Origin: Halocafeteria seosinensis
Taxonomy: Eukaryota
Reading direction: 5' to 3'
Assembly (NCBI GenBank): GCA_001687465.1
Contig: LVLI01000278.1
Span: 62,001-126,000, forward strand
DNA length: 64,000 nucleotides
Positions 62,504 through 64,000 of the stretch are shown piece by piece. A program made the translations under genes and the position numbers. The notes under the pieces are model-generated. The model worked only from the letters and a program-made list of their open reading frames with translations, was not told where the DNA came from and did not search any database. Positions within the stretch are counted from its first letter, which is position 1. Every line of letters begins with the position of its first letter.

Positions 62504-63855
62504 ATGAAGATTATTTCGTCGTTGTTGTTCTTGGCCTTGGCAGCCAACTGTGCCTCGGCCTTGGTACGCATTCCCATGCATAAGATGGAATCCCCCAAGG
62601 ATCAACTCCGCCGTGCTGGTTACCACGTAAGTTAATATTTTTTTGTGTGTATTGGAATATGCCGTTATAGCGTCTGCAAATATGGAAGAGGGACTGAAGA
62701 ACACTAGCGAGGGGGCACGAAAATAACAAAAAAGGCCCCGAAGGGTGTGTGTGAGGGGACAAGTTTGGCGCGGGAATCAGTGAACAATGGAAAGCCCTAG
62801 GATTCTGACCCAATGTTCTTTCGTTTTGTGCCATGCAGCGCATCGGTGGAATCCATCATAAATATGGAGATAAAGCAAACGTACCAATCAATAACTACCA
62901 GGATGCTCAATACTATGGCGAAATCTCTGTTGGAACTCCACCTCAGAAGTTCCAGGTGATATTCGACACAGGAAGCAGCAACTTGTGGATTCCCTCTACA
63001 AAGTGCACGAACTGTGGAAGCCACCCGAAATACAACCACACGGCCTCTAGCACATATCACAAAAACGGCACCTCCTTCAAGATCATGTACGGAAGTGGAC
63101 CTGTCAGTGGTTTCATTTCCAATGATGATGTTACTGTAGGTGGACTAACTGTAGATGGCGTTGATTTCGCTGAAATCACTGATGTATCTGGACTTGGCCC
63201 CGCTTACTCTCTTGGTAAATTTGACGGTATCTTGGGTATGGCTTGGAACAAGATTAGTGTCGATGACATTCCGACGATCTTCTCCGACTTCGTACAACAA
63301 GGCTTGGTAGATGAGCCTGTGTTTGCATTCTACTTGTCATCTGACAGCAGCAAGCAGGGTGAGCTCACCTTGGGTGGCATTGACAACTCCAAGTACACCG
63401 GAGACATATTCTATCAAGATTTGAGTTCCGAAACTTACTGGGAAATTAAGTTGGGTGACTTCAAGGTTAATGGAGATAGCATGACGAGTGTGCATAAAGC
63501 CATCTTGGACACTGGCACTTCCTTATTGGCAGGTCCCACTGACGAAGTGAAAAAGATTGCGAAGAAGGTCGGTGCCAAACCCTTCTGGTTGAACCCTAAT
63601 GAATTCACTGTTAACTGCAGCGCTATTCCCAATATGCCTGATATTGAGATTGAAATTGGTGGAAAGACATTTACGCTCTCAGCTAAGGAATACGTATTGA
63701 ACGTTGAAGATGTGGAATGCCTTTTGGGTATGACTGGTATTGATGTACCGGCACCAGCTGGTCCTCTGTGGATTTTGGGTGATGTTTTCATTCGTCAGTA
63801 TTACACCATATTTGACTGGGGACAGAAGCGTGTAGGTCTTGCCACCGCCGCATAA
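62504..63855 (+). CDS. Cathepsin D-like (pepsin family A1) aspartic protease
   Basis: Signal/propeptide exon 62504-62626, intron to 62838, then YQDAQYYGEI, VIFDTGSSNLW, AILDTGTSL and WILGDVF. Confidence 0.97.
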
Positions 63856-64000
63856 GAGAACCTACTGTCGCATGCGACTTTCATACGCCACGTGATAAGT
63901 CATCAAAGCGCACCGTTTTGCTTCTTTTGAGAACAATTAGGTGTACTGACATGGCTTTGCGAAAGAAATATACATTTGCTCACTAACACGTGCTCAAAAA

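Overview
This is gene-dense eukaryotic nuclear DNA with short GT-AG introns (mostly ~50-90 nt) and very short spacers. A SIG1/mastigoneme-type EGF-repeat gene and a CFAP210-like ciliary gene suggest a flagellated stramenopile protist (inference). About 25 protein genes can be supported, including a giant coiled-coil protein, a PH-domain protein, LSM8, two tandem compact TMC channels, a CDF zinc transporter, Hsp33, histone H3, Tex/SRBD1, a CDC7-like kinase, a phospholipid methyltransferase, a cyclophilin, HUS1, Bin3/MePCE, a TPR-JmjC protein and a cathepsin D-like protease. I found no rRNA, tRNA or CRISPR array. Three items stand out: (1) a gene that appears to encode a fused H2A-like + H2B-like histone doublet followed by a SUMO-like domain and a basic tail (35081-36885); (2) an LRR-unknown domain-ankyrin-U-box gene with each ankyrin repeat on its own phase-0 exon and spare exon copies just downstream (52.6-58.5 kb); (3) a ~350-nt non-coding run of back-to-back hairpins ending in a T6 tract (2182-2566). 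All family calls and exon boundaries were made by eye, with no database search.
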